Shown in pieces: positions 1 through 8,129 of a stretch of 16,003 nt of DNA. Location: the IMG/VR virus record IMGVR_UViG_2713896769_000013; one strand, given 5' to 3'. The stretch's first letter is position 1. Each line of letters opens with the position of its first letter. Under the pieces are notes generated by a model. It did no database searches. It was not told the DNA's origin and saw only the letters and a list, made by a program, of their open reading frames with translations. The position numbers were made by a program, and so were the translations under genes. The DNA is from a virus. Lineage: Duplodnaviria; Heunggongvirae; Uroviricota; Caudoviricetes.

Positions 1-56
1 TTAAGATTGTCCTTTGCCTCAACCGGCGTGTGTGCCCTGCCGCCACCTTTACCCAC
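1..56 (-). CDS. J: Central tail fibre / host-specificity protein J, first 18 codons only (gene runs off the window start)
   Basis: Minus-strand frame from GTG at 56-54 translates as VGKGGGRAHTPVEAKDNL, closely matching the lambda gpJ N-terminus as I recall it (MGKGSSKGHTPREAKDNLK). GGAGAGGGGGA Shine-Dalgarno lies 4-5 nt upstream. Position after I matches lambda gene order. Confidence 0.6.
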   Translation of the reverse strand, partial: MGKGGGRAHTPVEAKDNL

Positions 57-100
57 TCGGTCCCCCTCTCCTGTCTGATGTCTGAATCTGTTTATGCCCC

Positions 101-130
101 AAAAACGACAGGCACCCCGGAGGGTGCCTG
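101..130 (-). terminator. Intrinsic-terminator-like hairpin between I and J
   Basis: Perfect 9-bp GC-rich stem CAGGCACCC / GGGTGCCTG (109-117 and 122-130) with 4-nt loop. On the minus strand it is followed by TCGTTTTT (108-101). Confidence 0.5.
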
Positions 131-265
131 TGTCATGACGGAATAAAATTTCTGAATTTCTTCACATTTTCTGTACGCCCCCGTGGCAGATATCATTCCC
201 GGGCGTTACAGTTTTTTCGGGCCAATAAAAACAAAACCCCCTGTGGTTAATCTTCATTTTCTGTT

Positions 266-299
266 CCCGCAGCCTTCGGTCACTGCGGGATTTTTTCGC
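266..299 (+). terminator. Hairpin plus T-tract immediately outside the I stop codon (terminator-like on the plus strand, possibly bidirectional)
   Basis: 7-bp stem CCCGCAG / CTGCGGG (266-272 and 283-289) with 10-nt loop, followed on the plus strand by ATTTTTTCGC and preceded on the minus strand by an A-run. Confidence 0.4.
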
Positions 300-301
300 T
301 T

Positions 302-973
302 TTATGCCTGCCGCCCGATAACCACCACCTTCCCGTCACCGCCTTCATCACGGGTACTGATGTCCTGGGAGATTCGCCGTGAGCCAACCAGCATTTCACC
401 GTAAGGCACCGGCATCGGGTTCCCCTGAGCAATCATGTTGTCCAGTGAGGAAAAATACGTGTTCTGTCTGCCGTTATCCGTTGCGCGGTAATCCGGTGTT
501 TTTGCCTTCGGGGCCAGCATCTGGGCCACACCACCCAGAATCATGCTGGCCCCCAGTGAAAACAGCATCGTGGTGGCAGAAAAACCACCGGCTGCCAGGG
601 CTGAACCCCATAACGCCATTGATGCCCCGGCAGTGAAGAAAGAGCCCACGATGGCTGCCGCCCCCAGCACAATCTGCAGTCCACCCTTTCCGGCCCCGGC
701 CAGTCGCGGCACAATATGGATGACCGTTCCCTCACCCAGCTGTTCGTGAAGACGGGCGTACACCGCCTCCGGTGCCGTGTCATAACCGGCAATACGTATC
801 TGGTACCAGCCTTCGTTCATCTGACGGCGAAAGCCCGGCACCTGTAACGACAGCGCCCGGATGGCTTCCGCTGCCGTGTTCACATACAGGCTGAGGCGGC
901 GGCCAAATCGTTGTAAATCCCCGTGAAGGCAGATGGTGAAGCAGCTCACCGTTGCCGCAGTAAATGGCGGCAT
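302..973 (-). CDS. I: Tail tip assembly protein I (223 aa)
   Basis: Translation from ATG at 973 (MPPFTAATVSCFTICLHGDLQRFGRR...GASMILGGVAQMLAPKAKTP...NTYFSSLDNMIAQGN...VVVIGRQA) is collinear with lambda gpI as recalled and has the same length. Stop TAA at 302-304. The ORF-track frame is open further upstream to 1153. Confidence 0.85.
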   Translation of the reverse strand: MPPFTAATVSCFTICLHGDLQRFGRRLSLYVNTAAEAIRALSLQVPGFRRQMNEGWYQIRIAGYDTAPEAVYARLHEQLGEGTVIHIVPRLAGAGKGGLQIVLGAAAIVGSFFTAGASMALWGSALAAGGFSATTMLFSLGASMILGGVAQMLAPKAKTPDYRATDNGRQNTYFSSLDNMIAQGNPMPVPYGEMLVGSRRISQDISTRDEGGDGKVVVIGRQA

Positions 974-1532
974 GGTTCGGTACCGAAGCACCAAAGCAGC
1001 ACAGCAGAATATCGCCCGCCTGTGCAGAGGACAGGGGCACCCGGTAAAAGCCGGTGACCGCCATATTGTCCAGGTAAAGGTTCTGACCGTTGCGCCACCA
1101 GTCATCCTCGCGATGAAAATCCGGCATTTCAGTCCCCGCCAGATGATAAGCATCCCGGAACAGCGTGTAACAGTCCGTCACCCCGTGCTCAAAGCGCCGT
1201 CCTGTCAGATGTGGCACACAGCGGAATTTGTGAATGTCACCCCGGCAGACCAGCCACCAGGGCAGTGCGCTTTTTATCTGCAGCCGCCGGTCAGCCTCGC
1301 TCAGCCAGGGCAGCCCACCGGGATGACTGTGGACCAGTGCCACAATCTCCCCCTGCATCTCTGCCCGCAGCCAGTCTTCCGGTGCGATACGAAAATACGC
1401 CTCCGGCTCTGCAGAAATATTCACACAAGGGATATACCACTCCCCCTCCGGCGTGCTTATCACGAAGCCGCACGACTCCGCAGGCGCACACCGCCGGGCA
1501 TGCGCCAGAATCGCTGATTCAGTCTGTGTCAT
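780..1532 (-). CDS. K: Tail tip assembly protein K (MPN/JAMM plus NlpC/P60 domains), 250 codons to the first in-frame stop
   Basis: From ATG at 1532: MTQTESAILAHARRCAPAESCGF...HSHPGG (JAMM motif)...VTDCYTLFRDAYH...PNHAAIYCGNGELLHH (NlpC/P60 Cys and His motifs). Near-identical to lambda gpK over the first ~200 residues as recalled. The frame then continues 50 codons to TGA at 780-782, overlapping I by 194 nt. Start is 10 nt after the L stop. Confidence 0.8.
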   Translation of the reverse strand: MTQTESAILAHARRCAPAESCGFVISTPEGEWYIPCVNISAEPEAYFRIAPEDWLRAEMQGEIVALVHSHPGGLPWLSEADRRLQIKSALPWWLVCRGDIHKFRCVPHLTGRRFEHGVTDCYTLFRDAYHLAGTEMPDFHREDDWWRNGQNLYLDNMAVTGFYRVPLSSAQAGDILLCCFGASVPNHAAIYCGNGELLHHLPSRGFTTIWPPPQPVCEHGSGSHPGAVVTGAGLSPSDERRLVPDTYCRL

Positions 1533-1542
1533 AAACCGGGAT

Positions 1543-2241
1543 TTACTGCGAAAGTTTATTAATGGAAAGGAAACCGCCAAAATTGCCGACATTCCTGCGC
1601 AGTTCACACCCGCGCATGCACTTGCTGCATCTGTCCTTACGGATATCCGTGGTGGGGTTGTCGAACTCATCCGCCACCGCAGGACCGTTATACCCGCATT
1701 CATCTCCCCGGTAATCCCACATACAGGTGTTCGCCAGCATGATGCGACCGGGAAACAGCGCCCCATCCGTCTCGGTCGGTGTAGCCAGCACAAACGAGGC
1801 CGTCATGGCTGTCAGCTGCGACATCTGCTCCACCACCCAGCGGTCACTCAGCTCCTGCTCCGGGTCCGCTTCCGGATTGCCCGCAACGAAATTCACCGCA
1901 TCCAGAAAACGGGCATACACCCGGCGGCGGACCACCGTGGCCCCCACCAGACTCTGCAGGTCCTCCGCCATCCCGGTGACAAGGCCAAACAGATTGGACA
2001 CCGTCAGCGACGGGCGGGCACTGCTGCCCCGGCCGTTCATCTCAAAGCCGCTGCCGTCAATCGGGTATGCCTCATACTTACGCCCCTGCCAGGTGACCGG
2101 CTCCCCTTTTTCATTCAGCTCATTACAGAAAAAATACCGCTCACCACCCTGTACCGTCAGGTCGATTTCCCAGAGTACCACCCGCGGTGACTGCTCTGAC
2201 TTAACCGACTCGTTCAGACTTTCTTCGCGAATATCCTGCAT
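1543..2241 (-). CDS. L: Minor tail protein L (232 aa)
   Basis: MQDIREESLNE...VVLWEIDLT..GGERYFFCNE.NEKGEPVTWQGR...GRIMLANTC.W.YRGDECGY.GPAVADE...NVGNFGGFLSINKLSQ; same length and near-identical to lambda gpL as recalled. ATG overlaps the M stop (TGATG). Confidence 0.9.
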   Translation of the reverse strand: MQDIREESLNESVKSEQSPRVVLWEIDLTVQGGERYFFCNELNEKGEPVTWQGRKYEAYPIDGSGFEMNGRGSSARPSLTVSNLFGLVTGMAEDLQSLVGATVVRRRVYARFLDAVNFVAGNPEADPEQELSDRWVVEQMSQLTAMTASFVLATPTETDGALFPGRIMLANTCMWDYRGDECGYNGPAVADEFDNPTTDIRKDRCSKCMRGCELRRNVGNFGGFLSINKLSQ

Positions 2242-2582
2242 CAGTTCACCACCTGCTCAATCGTACAACTGAAATCACTGTACCTGGCGTTATCTGTGAC
2301 GCTCCACTCCCGGCACACCACCCTCACCGTCCGGTTATGTTTCGGCGGTCGCCACAAAAAGGCACGGTAACCACCATGCCAGGATAAAAATTCATCCAGC
2401 CAGCGCCGGGTTGGTTCATCCGTCACCCGGAACACCGCCTGAAACGTCTTCAGTCTGGCATTAAGTCCCGTCGGTCGGCGCTGTTCATAACCGTCACCAA
2501 ACCGAACCCTCACCACCGACGGTTTCTCACTCACCTGCATCCCTTCACGCGGGACCAGATGCAGCGTTTTTATCTCAGCCAC
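2241..2582 (-). CDS. M: Minor tail protein M (113 aa, GTG start)
   Basis: Contains ...PSVVRVRFGDGYEQR.P.GLNA.LKT......EFLSWHGGYRAFLW.PP......V.C..WS........F....EQVVN, matching lambda gpM. GTG start at 2582 overlaps the 3' end of H. Confidence 0.85.
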   Translation of the reverse strand: MAEIKTLHLVPREGMQVSEKPSVVRVRFGDGYEQRRPTGLNARLKTFQAVFRVTDEPTRRWLDEFLSWHGGYRAFLWRPPKHNRTVRVVCREWSVTDNARYSDFSCTIEQVVN

Positions 2583-5500
2583 TCAGCATTCCTCCGTCAC
2601 GTCGCATGGACAGCATCACCGCCTGCACCCGCTGGTCAATCAGCTGCACAAGACTGCCTGCCGCCTCCGGCCCTATCTGGCCATTAGTCCCGTCATTCTG
2701 AATGGCGATATGGTAGACCGGGGAATACACCAGACCCGCACTGCCGTTCATACTGCCCACCGCGCGTACACCCAGCGAGCCATCCGCCGCCCGCGTCAGA
2801 GGCATAATGGCTTCAGGTCCGGCCTCCCCCATCAGCCCGGCCCCTTTTGCAAAGGCAAAGTACGTGGGCGTATCCACAATACTGTTGCTGTACGCACTCA
2901 GGTTTGCCGAGGTATACACGCCGCCTTTTGCATTGGCCACCGCCCCGCCCAGCCAGTCACCAATGCTGCCGAGAAATCCTCCCGCACCGGACATACCGTT
3001 TGCCGCCGTCTTAATTCCGTTGACAATGGCCGCATTCATAAGAACTTTTGAGATTTCCTGCAGTACGGATGAGGCCCAGTTGCGCCATTCCACTTTGTTT
3101 CCGTTCAGCATCTCCGTGATGTTATTCACCAGTCCTGAAATCCCCTCCGTTGCCAGCTGTGCTGCCTGAGAGGCGTAATCGGATGCATTGTCCACCCAGT
3201 TACTGAATCCCTCCTGCAGCCCTTTCTGCCAGTCCGCACGCTGCACATCCGATTCGGCATAAAAGGCTTCCTGCTCTTTCAGACGTTCACTCAGATACTG
3301 TGCATTCTGCGCCAGCGCCTGTCTGTAAAAATCCTCACTGATATCCCCGGTCTGATACTGAGACTGAAGGTCCGCATCCTTCTGGCGGAAGCTGTCGCGG
3401 ATCTGCTGCAACTCCCGCATGCGTTCCCTGGCTCGTTCTCCCTGCCCGTACCCCAGCAGTTCGGCTTCATTTGATGCACGCGCAGCCACATTATCATTCT
3501 TCAGGGTCTCTTCCCGGGATCGCAACTGTTCCCGGATTTTTTGCTGGTCAATCAGGGCCGCGTTACGCAGCAGTTCCTGCTTCTGTATCTCCGACAGGGT
3601 TTTCAGTTCACCCAGCGCTGTCTGGTACTTCAACTTCGCCAGCTCTGTATTCTGCCCCACCAGTGCCAGTTGCTCTTTCTGCTGCTTCAGTAGCCGGGAA
3701 AAACTGTCTTCCGCTTTTTCCGTCTCTGATTTTCCACCCCGGGATTTAGGTTTGTTCGCCTCGTTATTGCGCCAGGCTTCCAGAGCATTACTGATATAAC
3801 GCTGTCTCGCCTCCTGATACGAATCCCCCACAAAACCAAGGTCATCCGCCGCATACCCCAGCCGGGCACGCTCTTTTTCCTCCCCCTTCAGTCGGGACAG
3901 GGCCAGCTCACGCTCTGTTTTTGTCAGGGCGCTCTGCTGTTTATCATCCAGGGTGGCCTGCGGCAGCCGTAACGGTACATTCACCAGTCCCTGACGCTGC
4001 TGAAGCAGTTCATTCCCCAGCCCCAGCAGACGGTTGAATTCCGTATGCTGACCGTTCATAACCAGCATGGACTGGTACACCTTATTCTGCTCTGCCGCCT
4101 GCTGACGAATTAACGCCACACGACGGTCTTCCAGCCCGGCAAGCACATCCTGAATGGACTGCACTTTTTCCTGCATCTGTGCCAGACGGGACTGCTCAAC
4201 GGCAAGCTGCTCTGTTGCCTGAGAAAGCCCTTCCGTCACGGTCTTCACCGATGTCAGATGGTTTATCATGAATCCGTCACCGGTTGTCCAGCCAGGGTTA
4301 GCCAGAACATACTGATATCCAGCGATTTTTTCCTGCAGGGATTTCACCCGGCTGGCCTGTTCATCAATCAGCCGGTTCTGCTCTGCCAGCGCCGCCCGTG
4401 TTCGTCCTTCATTATCTGAGGCTTCAGGCAAAGACATTGACGGCGTTTTATGCGCGATTTCATCTATCGTCAGTGCATACTGGCGCGCTGACTCCCTGGC
4501 CTGCTCCTGATTCTGGTACAGCGTATACCATGCTGCTGCCCCCAGCATCACCAGTCCGGGTACGCCACCAACCAGTCCCAACGCACCAGTCATCAGACGT
4601 GAGCCCACCGCCGTTGTACTGTTCAGCTCATTCTGGGCTGCGGTTCTGGCAGCAATATTTCTGTTCAGGCGTTCCTGTGTGGCCGCCAGACGGGCTTCTG
4701 CAGCAATCTGCATCTCCGTCCCGCGGGCTGCCGCCACAGCCTGCTGTGCACGGTACACGGCTGCCCTTGCCCGCGCCGTGGCAATCTGCGTCCCCCTGAG
4801 CTGTGCTTCCGCCAGTGCCACTTCATTACGTGCTGCCGTCACAAGTCCTGCCGTGGCAGACACCGCTCCGGAGGCCATATTGCCAAAGTACCGGGCAACC
4901 CCGACGGCAACCAGCGCCCCCGCGGCTGTTGCCACATTATCAATATTACCGGCAACACCGTTCAGCACGCCGGAGAGCGTTTTTGTCACCCCGCTGGCTT
5001 CATTCGCGCCACCCACCCAGGCCATAAAGGCGTTTTCCACCTTTGTGATCCCGTCAGAGACCGTTTCCGGCATGGCGGCATATTCATCACGCAATACCCC
5101 CAGCTGGCTGATTAACGCAGGAACGACTTTATCCGCCGTCAGTTTGCCGTCGTCCGCCATCGCCTTAAGGTCTTTACGGGCCACGCCCATACCCGCAGCC
5201 AGTGCACGTACGATCCGGTCTCCGCTTTCATTGACCGAATTAAATTCCTCACCGCGTAACACACCCTGTGCCAGCGCCTGGCTGAACTGGGTGATCACCG
5301 AGCCCGCCTCTGCCGTACTGGCACCGGAGATTTTCAGCCCCGTGGAAATGGCCTCCGTCACCTTCAGCACATCATCAGCACTGTAACCATATTCACGCAT
5401 TGAGGCTGCCGAGCGGGCAAACAGGGCCGCATTATCTGAAAATGCCGTGCCCGTCCGCTGGCTGATATCCATCAGCACTTTCTGTGATGACGAAAATTCA

Positions 5501-5817
5501 TCCGATGACTGCGACGCCTGTTTCAGTCGGGCATTCACGGAACTCCATTCATCGGCCAGAGAAATCAGGTGTCCGGTGGCAAAGGCACCTGCAAATGCCC
5601 CCGCCGTTCCGGCAGCTGAAGCGCGGATTTCCGTCAACTGGCTGTTCAGCTCAGCCAGGGCGCGTCGCTGCTCCCGGGCGACTGCGGCAGCCTGACGCCC
5701 GCCATTCTGCAGGGTCCGGTAATATTCACTGCCCATGCGGGAAGCCCGCTGGATCTCCGACTGGAATGACTGCGAATTTGCCGAAATTTTGATAATCAGT
5801 TCACGTAACGTCGCCAT
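2575..5817 (-). CDS. H: Tail tape measure protein (1080 aa)
   Basis: Long helical, Ala/Gln-rich protein between the GT chaperone and M. C-terminal region carries the QNDGTNGQIGP motif shared with the lambda gpH C-terminus. Position is diagnostic. Confidence 0.85.
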   Translation of the reverse strand: MATLRELIIKISANSQSFQSEIQRASRMGSEYYRTLQNGGRQAAAVAREQRRALAELNSQLTEIRASAAGTAGAFAGAFATGHLISLADEWSSVNARLKQASQSSDEFSSSQKVLMDISQRTGTAFSDNAALFARSAASMREYGYSADDVLKVTEAISTGLKISGASTAEAGSVITQFSQALAQGVLRGEEFNSVNESGDRIVRALAAGMGVARKDLKAMADDGKLTADKVVPALISQLGVLRDEYAAMPETVSDGITKVENAFMAWVGGANEASGVTKTLSGVLNGVAGNIDNVATAAGALVAVGVARYFGNMASGAVSATAGLVTAARNEVALAEAQLRGTQIATARARAAVYRAQQAVAAARGTEMQIAAEARLAATQERLNRNIAARTAAQNELNSTTAVGSRLMTGALGLVGGVPGLVMLGAAAWYTLYQNQEQARESARQYALTIDEIAHKTPSMSLPEASDNEGRTRAALAEQNRLIDEQASRVKSLQEKIAGYQYVLANPGWTTGDGFMINHLTSVKTVTEGLSQATEQLAVEQSRLAQMQEKVQSIQDVLAGLEDRRVALIRQQAAEQNKVYQSMLVMNGQHTEFNRLLGLGNELLQQRQGLVNVPLRLPQATLDDKQQSALTKTERELALSRLKGEEKERARLGYAADDLGFVGDSYQEARQRYISNALEAWRNNEANKPKSRGGKSETEKAEDSFSRLLKQQKEQLALVGQNTELAKLKYQTALGELKTLSEIQKQELLRNAALIDQQKIREQLRSREETLKNDNVAARASNEAELLGYGQGERARERMRELQQIRDSFRQKDADLQSQYQTGDISEDFYRQALAQNAQYLSERLKEQEAFYAESDVQRADWQKGLQEGFSNWVDNASDYASQAAQLATEGISGLVNNITEMLNGNKVEWRNWASSVLQEISKVLMNAAIVNGIKTAANGMSGAGGFLGSIGDWLGGAVANAKGGVYTSANLSAYSNSIVDTPTYFAFAKGAGLMGEAGPEAIMPLTRAADGSLGVRAVGSMNGSAGLVYSPVYHIAIQNDGTNGQIGPEAAGSLVQLIDQRVQAVMLSMRRDGGMLSG

Positions 5818-5864
5818 TCACCTTTCTCCGGGCGTAAAAAAACCGCCTCAGAGGTTCTCATCAT

Positions 5865-6544
5865 TCATGACTGTGCTGCGAAGCTCAGCGCGTCTTCCAG
5901 CGCCGCAAACGGATCCACCTCCGGCTTATCCTCATCCTCGCCCCAGCAGAGCATGGCGTCCTTCAGTGCAACATTCATCCCCTGTGCCCCAAAAACCGCT
6001 TTCACGATCTGTGCATTACGGATATCCCCGCGCTCATCACCCAGCGGGGATACCCTGTCGAACTCCATCCACATCATCGCCTCGCTCACACTCAGGCTGT
6101 GCCGCAGTTCGGATAAGGTGCGCCCCAGACGGAGCGCAAGTCGCATCAGAAAGCGAATTTCCGGGCGGGCTACTTTTTTCTGGCCGACTCTGCATCAGCG
6201 ATCAGTTCCAGTGCCTGACGCAGCAACCGGGCATGTACCGGACCATAGACGGCCAGCACCTGCTCACGGTCGTCCGGAGCGAACACCCGCTGCAGATCCG
6301 TATCACACAGGACATCGCAGAACAGCGTCACATCCGCTTCCTGGTTACGGCGGGTTTTCGCCACCACCGACAGGGTATCGTCATCCTCTCCATCACCATT
6401 GAGCACTTCCTGCCACAGATACCAGGCCTCTGCCGAAGGCTCCCGCAGCACCACGCTGACATTACCCCATTCCGGCACCTTCACCGTTTTATGACGAAAC
6501 CCTGACAGTCTGGCCAGCGCCAGCGTTTTCAGATCCTTTTTCAT
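5865..6544 (-). CDS. Tail assembly chaperone GT fusion, made by programmed -1 frameshift at the 3' end of G
   Basis: G frame ends ...ADAESARKK*. Slipping -1 at A_AAA_AAG continues as VARPEIRFLMRLALRLGRTLSELRH..., which is exactly the ORF-track frame 5865..6146. Stop at 5865-5867. Confidence 0.6.
6170..6544 (-). CDS. Tail assembly chaperone G (0-frame product)
   Basis: ORF between major tail protein and tape measure. Likely start is ATG at 6544 (MKKDLKTLALARLSG...), 14 nt after the major tail protein stop with an AAGGGGA ribosome-binding site. The upstream ATG at 6592 would overlap the preceding gene by 34 nt. Ends at TAG 6170-6172 just after the slippery site. Confidence 0.6.
   Translation of the reverse strand: MKKDLKTLALARLSGFRHKTVKVPEWGNVSVVLREPSAEAWYLWQEVLNGDGEDDDTLSVVAKTRRNQEADVTLFCDVLCDTDLQRVFAPDDREQVLAVYGPVHARLLRQALELIADAESARKK
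6173..6179 (-). other. Slippery heptamer A_AAA_AAG for the -1 ribosomal frameshift (G to GT)
   Basis: Minus-strand AGA AAA AAG TAG; the heptamer sits directly before the G stop codon and the -1 frame is open into the T segment. Confidence 0.6.
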
Positions 6545-6558
6545 GATGACCCATCCCC

Positions 6559-7275
6559 TTATCCGGCGGCTGCGCTCACTGTCACGGTGCATTCAACAGA
6601 CGTCACACTCTGTGCTTTCTCTGCCGAATCGGTCACCACGCAGGTATATTTCCCCGCATCAGCGGACTGCGCACCTGGCTTACTGAAGGTGTCTGTCGTC
6701 TGCCCGTCAACCGGCTGACCATCCTTCTTCCAGGCGTATTTATACGGCGGCGTTCCCCCGTTGGCACTGACTGACATTGTCAGCAGCGCACCTGTATTCA
6801 CGGTAAGTGTTTTATCCAGATTTTTCACAAACGCCAGCGGTACCACAAAGGACACCGGTTTGCCTTTCATACGCAGTGAAAACGTTGCTGCCACCACGCC
6901 GTTGGTACCGGATGACCAGGTGTGCTGACGCACTTCCGCCAGGAACTTAAAGCCCTTACCGGACGGAAACAGCACCTTAAACGCATACAACGCGTCATTG
7001 TCATAGGCATCACGCAGGGCGTTCTGGGCCTGATTCAGATAAAAATTACCCGACATGGAAATCTCAGACGACGCCCCCAGACCGTTGATGTTCTCCTGCT
7101 CGGTGGAGCAGAGCGTGGTCACATCAATATCCTGTTTCTGACCGGCGGTGAACTGGACTTCCTTGATGGTGCAGTCCAGGCGCAGATATTCCGCCTTATC
7201 CATAGTTTCAGCAGTCGCCGGGGCAGATGAAATCATCACCTGCGTCAGCTGTGAGCGTTCATACAAAGCAGACAT
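6559..7275 (-). CDS. Major tail (tube) protein with C-terminal Ig-like domain (238 aa)
   Basis: Position immediately upstream of the chaperone genes; strong AGGAGG ribosome-binding site 4 nt before ATG at 7275. C-terminal ~70 aa (PPYKYAWKKDGQPVDG...DAGKYTCVVTD...VECTVTV) looks like an Ig-like fold. Confidence 0.7.
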   Translation of the reverse strand: MSALYERSQLTQVMISSAPATAETMDKAEYLRLDCTIKEVQFTAGQKQDIDVTTLCSTEQENINGLGASSEISMSGNFYLNQAQNALRDAYDNDALYAFKVLFPSGKGFKFLAEVRQHTWSSGTNGVVAATFSLRMKGKPVSFVVPLAFVKNLDKTLTVNTGALLTMSVSANGGTPPYKYAWKKDGQPVDGQTTDTFSKPGAQSADAGKYTCVVTDSAEKAQSVTSVECTVTVSAAAG

Positions 7276-7291
7276 TCTGCCTCCTGATAAT

Positions 7292-7312
7292 AAAAAACCC
7301 GCACGCGGCGGG
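7292..7312 (-). terminator. Terminator-like hairpin plus T6 just upstream of the major tail gene ribosome-binding site
   Basis: Minus strand CCCGC-CGCGT-GCGGG (7312-7298) followed by TTTTTT (7297-7292), then ATTATCAGGAGGCAGA-ATG. An A-run flanks the other side, so it looks bidirectional. Confidence 0.45.
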
Positions 7313-7341
7313 GTATGGGTTTTTTAGAAAAAAAGAAAAAG

Positions 7342-7686
7342 TCACACCGTGACCTGAAACTCCAGGGTTGCACGGTAACAGCGGTTTTCCGGAATATAGT
7401 CCTGCATTTCACTGACGGATCCCGGGGCCAGCAGCATTATGGCTTCACGGGCGTCCTGACGTATCTGACGCGCCTGCGTCACAGTCCCGGCATAAACGTC
7501 TATCTGCACCGACACTGAGGACTCCGCCTGCCCGCCCATCACGTCCGCAGACACCGATGAAATCAGGCTGAAAACCACCCACGGAAGCGCCACCGACGGC
7601 CTGCCATCCAGCAGGGGGACCACATACGGGTACACCTGCCCGCCGGCAAGATGCGCCAGATGAGGATACAAATCCGCCTCCGTCAT
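7342..7686 (-). CDS. Tail completion / tail terminator-like protein (114 aa)
   Basis: Small protein in the conserved position between the gp10-like gene and the major tail gene; ATGA start/stop overlap with the upstream gene. Function inferred from position only. Confidence 0.5.
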   Translation of the reverse strand: MTEADLYPHLAHLAGGQVYPYVVPLLDGRPSVALPWVVFSLISSVSADVMGGQAESSVSVQIDVYAGTVTQARQIRQDAREAIMLLAPGSVSEMQDYIPENRCYRATLEFQVTV

Positions 7687-8129
7687 CGTCTCAGTACCTC
7701 ATCAATGGCCCGGTTCATCCGAGCAATCGCCACTTGCGCTGCCTGTTCACTGCGCACATCAAACGCCGGACGCACAAACGGGTGCGGTGGCATATTCACG
7801 GTCCCCATTTCCACAAACCGCCAGTAGAAAGCGTTGCGCGGGTTATCCGCCTTCATGGTGTTATCGCTGTTACCGGTGTCCGGATTAACACCCCGGATAT
7901 GCACACCGGATTCCATCCCGCCATCGCGGGAGCGCCGGGAAAGGACCACCACATTGCGGCGCAGTTTTCCCCTGCGTACCGGTGCCCGTGACACCACTTC
8001 TTCTTTCAGCACATTCGCACCCGCACGGGTTGCCTCACGCAGCACCCGGTTATTTTCTGCACCACTCAGAAGCTGCAAATCGCGGCTGATGTCCTCCAGC
8101 CCCGAAAAATCCAGCAGGGTTTCGATCAT
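7683..8129 (-). CDS. HK97 gp10-family head-tail joining protein (148 aa)
   Basis: MIETLLDFSGLEDISRDLQ...LREATRAGANVLKEEVVSRAPV..GKLRRNVV... resembles the HK97 gp10 family; translationally coupled (ATGA overlaps) on both sides. Confidence 0.6.
   Translation of the reverse strand: MIETLLDFSGLEDISRDLQLLSGAENNRVLREATRAGANVLKEEVVSRAPVRRGKLRRNVVVLSRRSRDGGMESGVHIRGVNPDTGNSDNTMKADNPRNAFYWRFVEMGTVNMPPHPFVRPAFDVRSEQAAQVAIARMNRAIDEVLRR

Noticed and set aside
162-257. 31-codon minus-strand ORF in the I-J insert
   Set aside because: Too short, with no good Shine-Dalgarno and no recognisable features to call as a CDS. Kept only as part of the I-J insert finding.
183-404. 73-codon plus-strand ORF spanning the I-J spacer and the I 3' end
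   Set aside because: Overlaps I on the opposite strand and crosses the terminator-like hairpin; no ribosome-binding site; Pro/Phe-rich and implausible.
974-1153. N-terminal 60-codon extension of the I frame
   Set aside because: The extension has no start codon of its own in a sensible context and lies wholly inside K. I begins at ATG 973, which gives the lambda-like length of 223 aa.
1453-2190. 245-codon plus-strand ORF
   Set aside because: Antisense to K and L, which match lambda proteins nearly residue for residue. His/Arg-rich composition is typical of a spurious antisense frame.
4679-5386. 235-codon plus-strand ORF
   Set aside because: Antisense to the tape measure gene; Ala/Ser/Thr-rich low-complexity translation with no start context.
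5735-6505. 256-codon plus-strand ORF
   Set aside because: Lies entirely antisense to the well-supported G/GT chaperone and tape-measure genes. GC-rich antisense frames are commonly open, and it has no ribosome-binding site or family resemblance.
6545-6592. Upstream ATG at 6592 for the G chaperone (giving 140 aa)
   Set aside because: It would overlap the major tail gene by 34 nt and lacks a ribosome-binding site. ATG at 6544 follows the upstream stop by 14 nt with an AAGGGGA site, so that is the preferred start.
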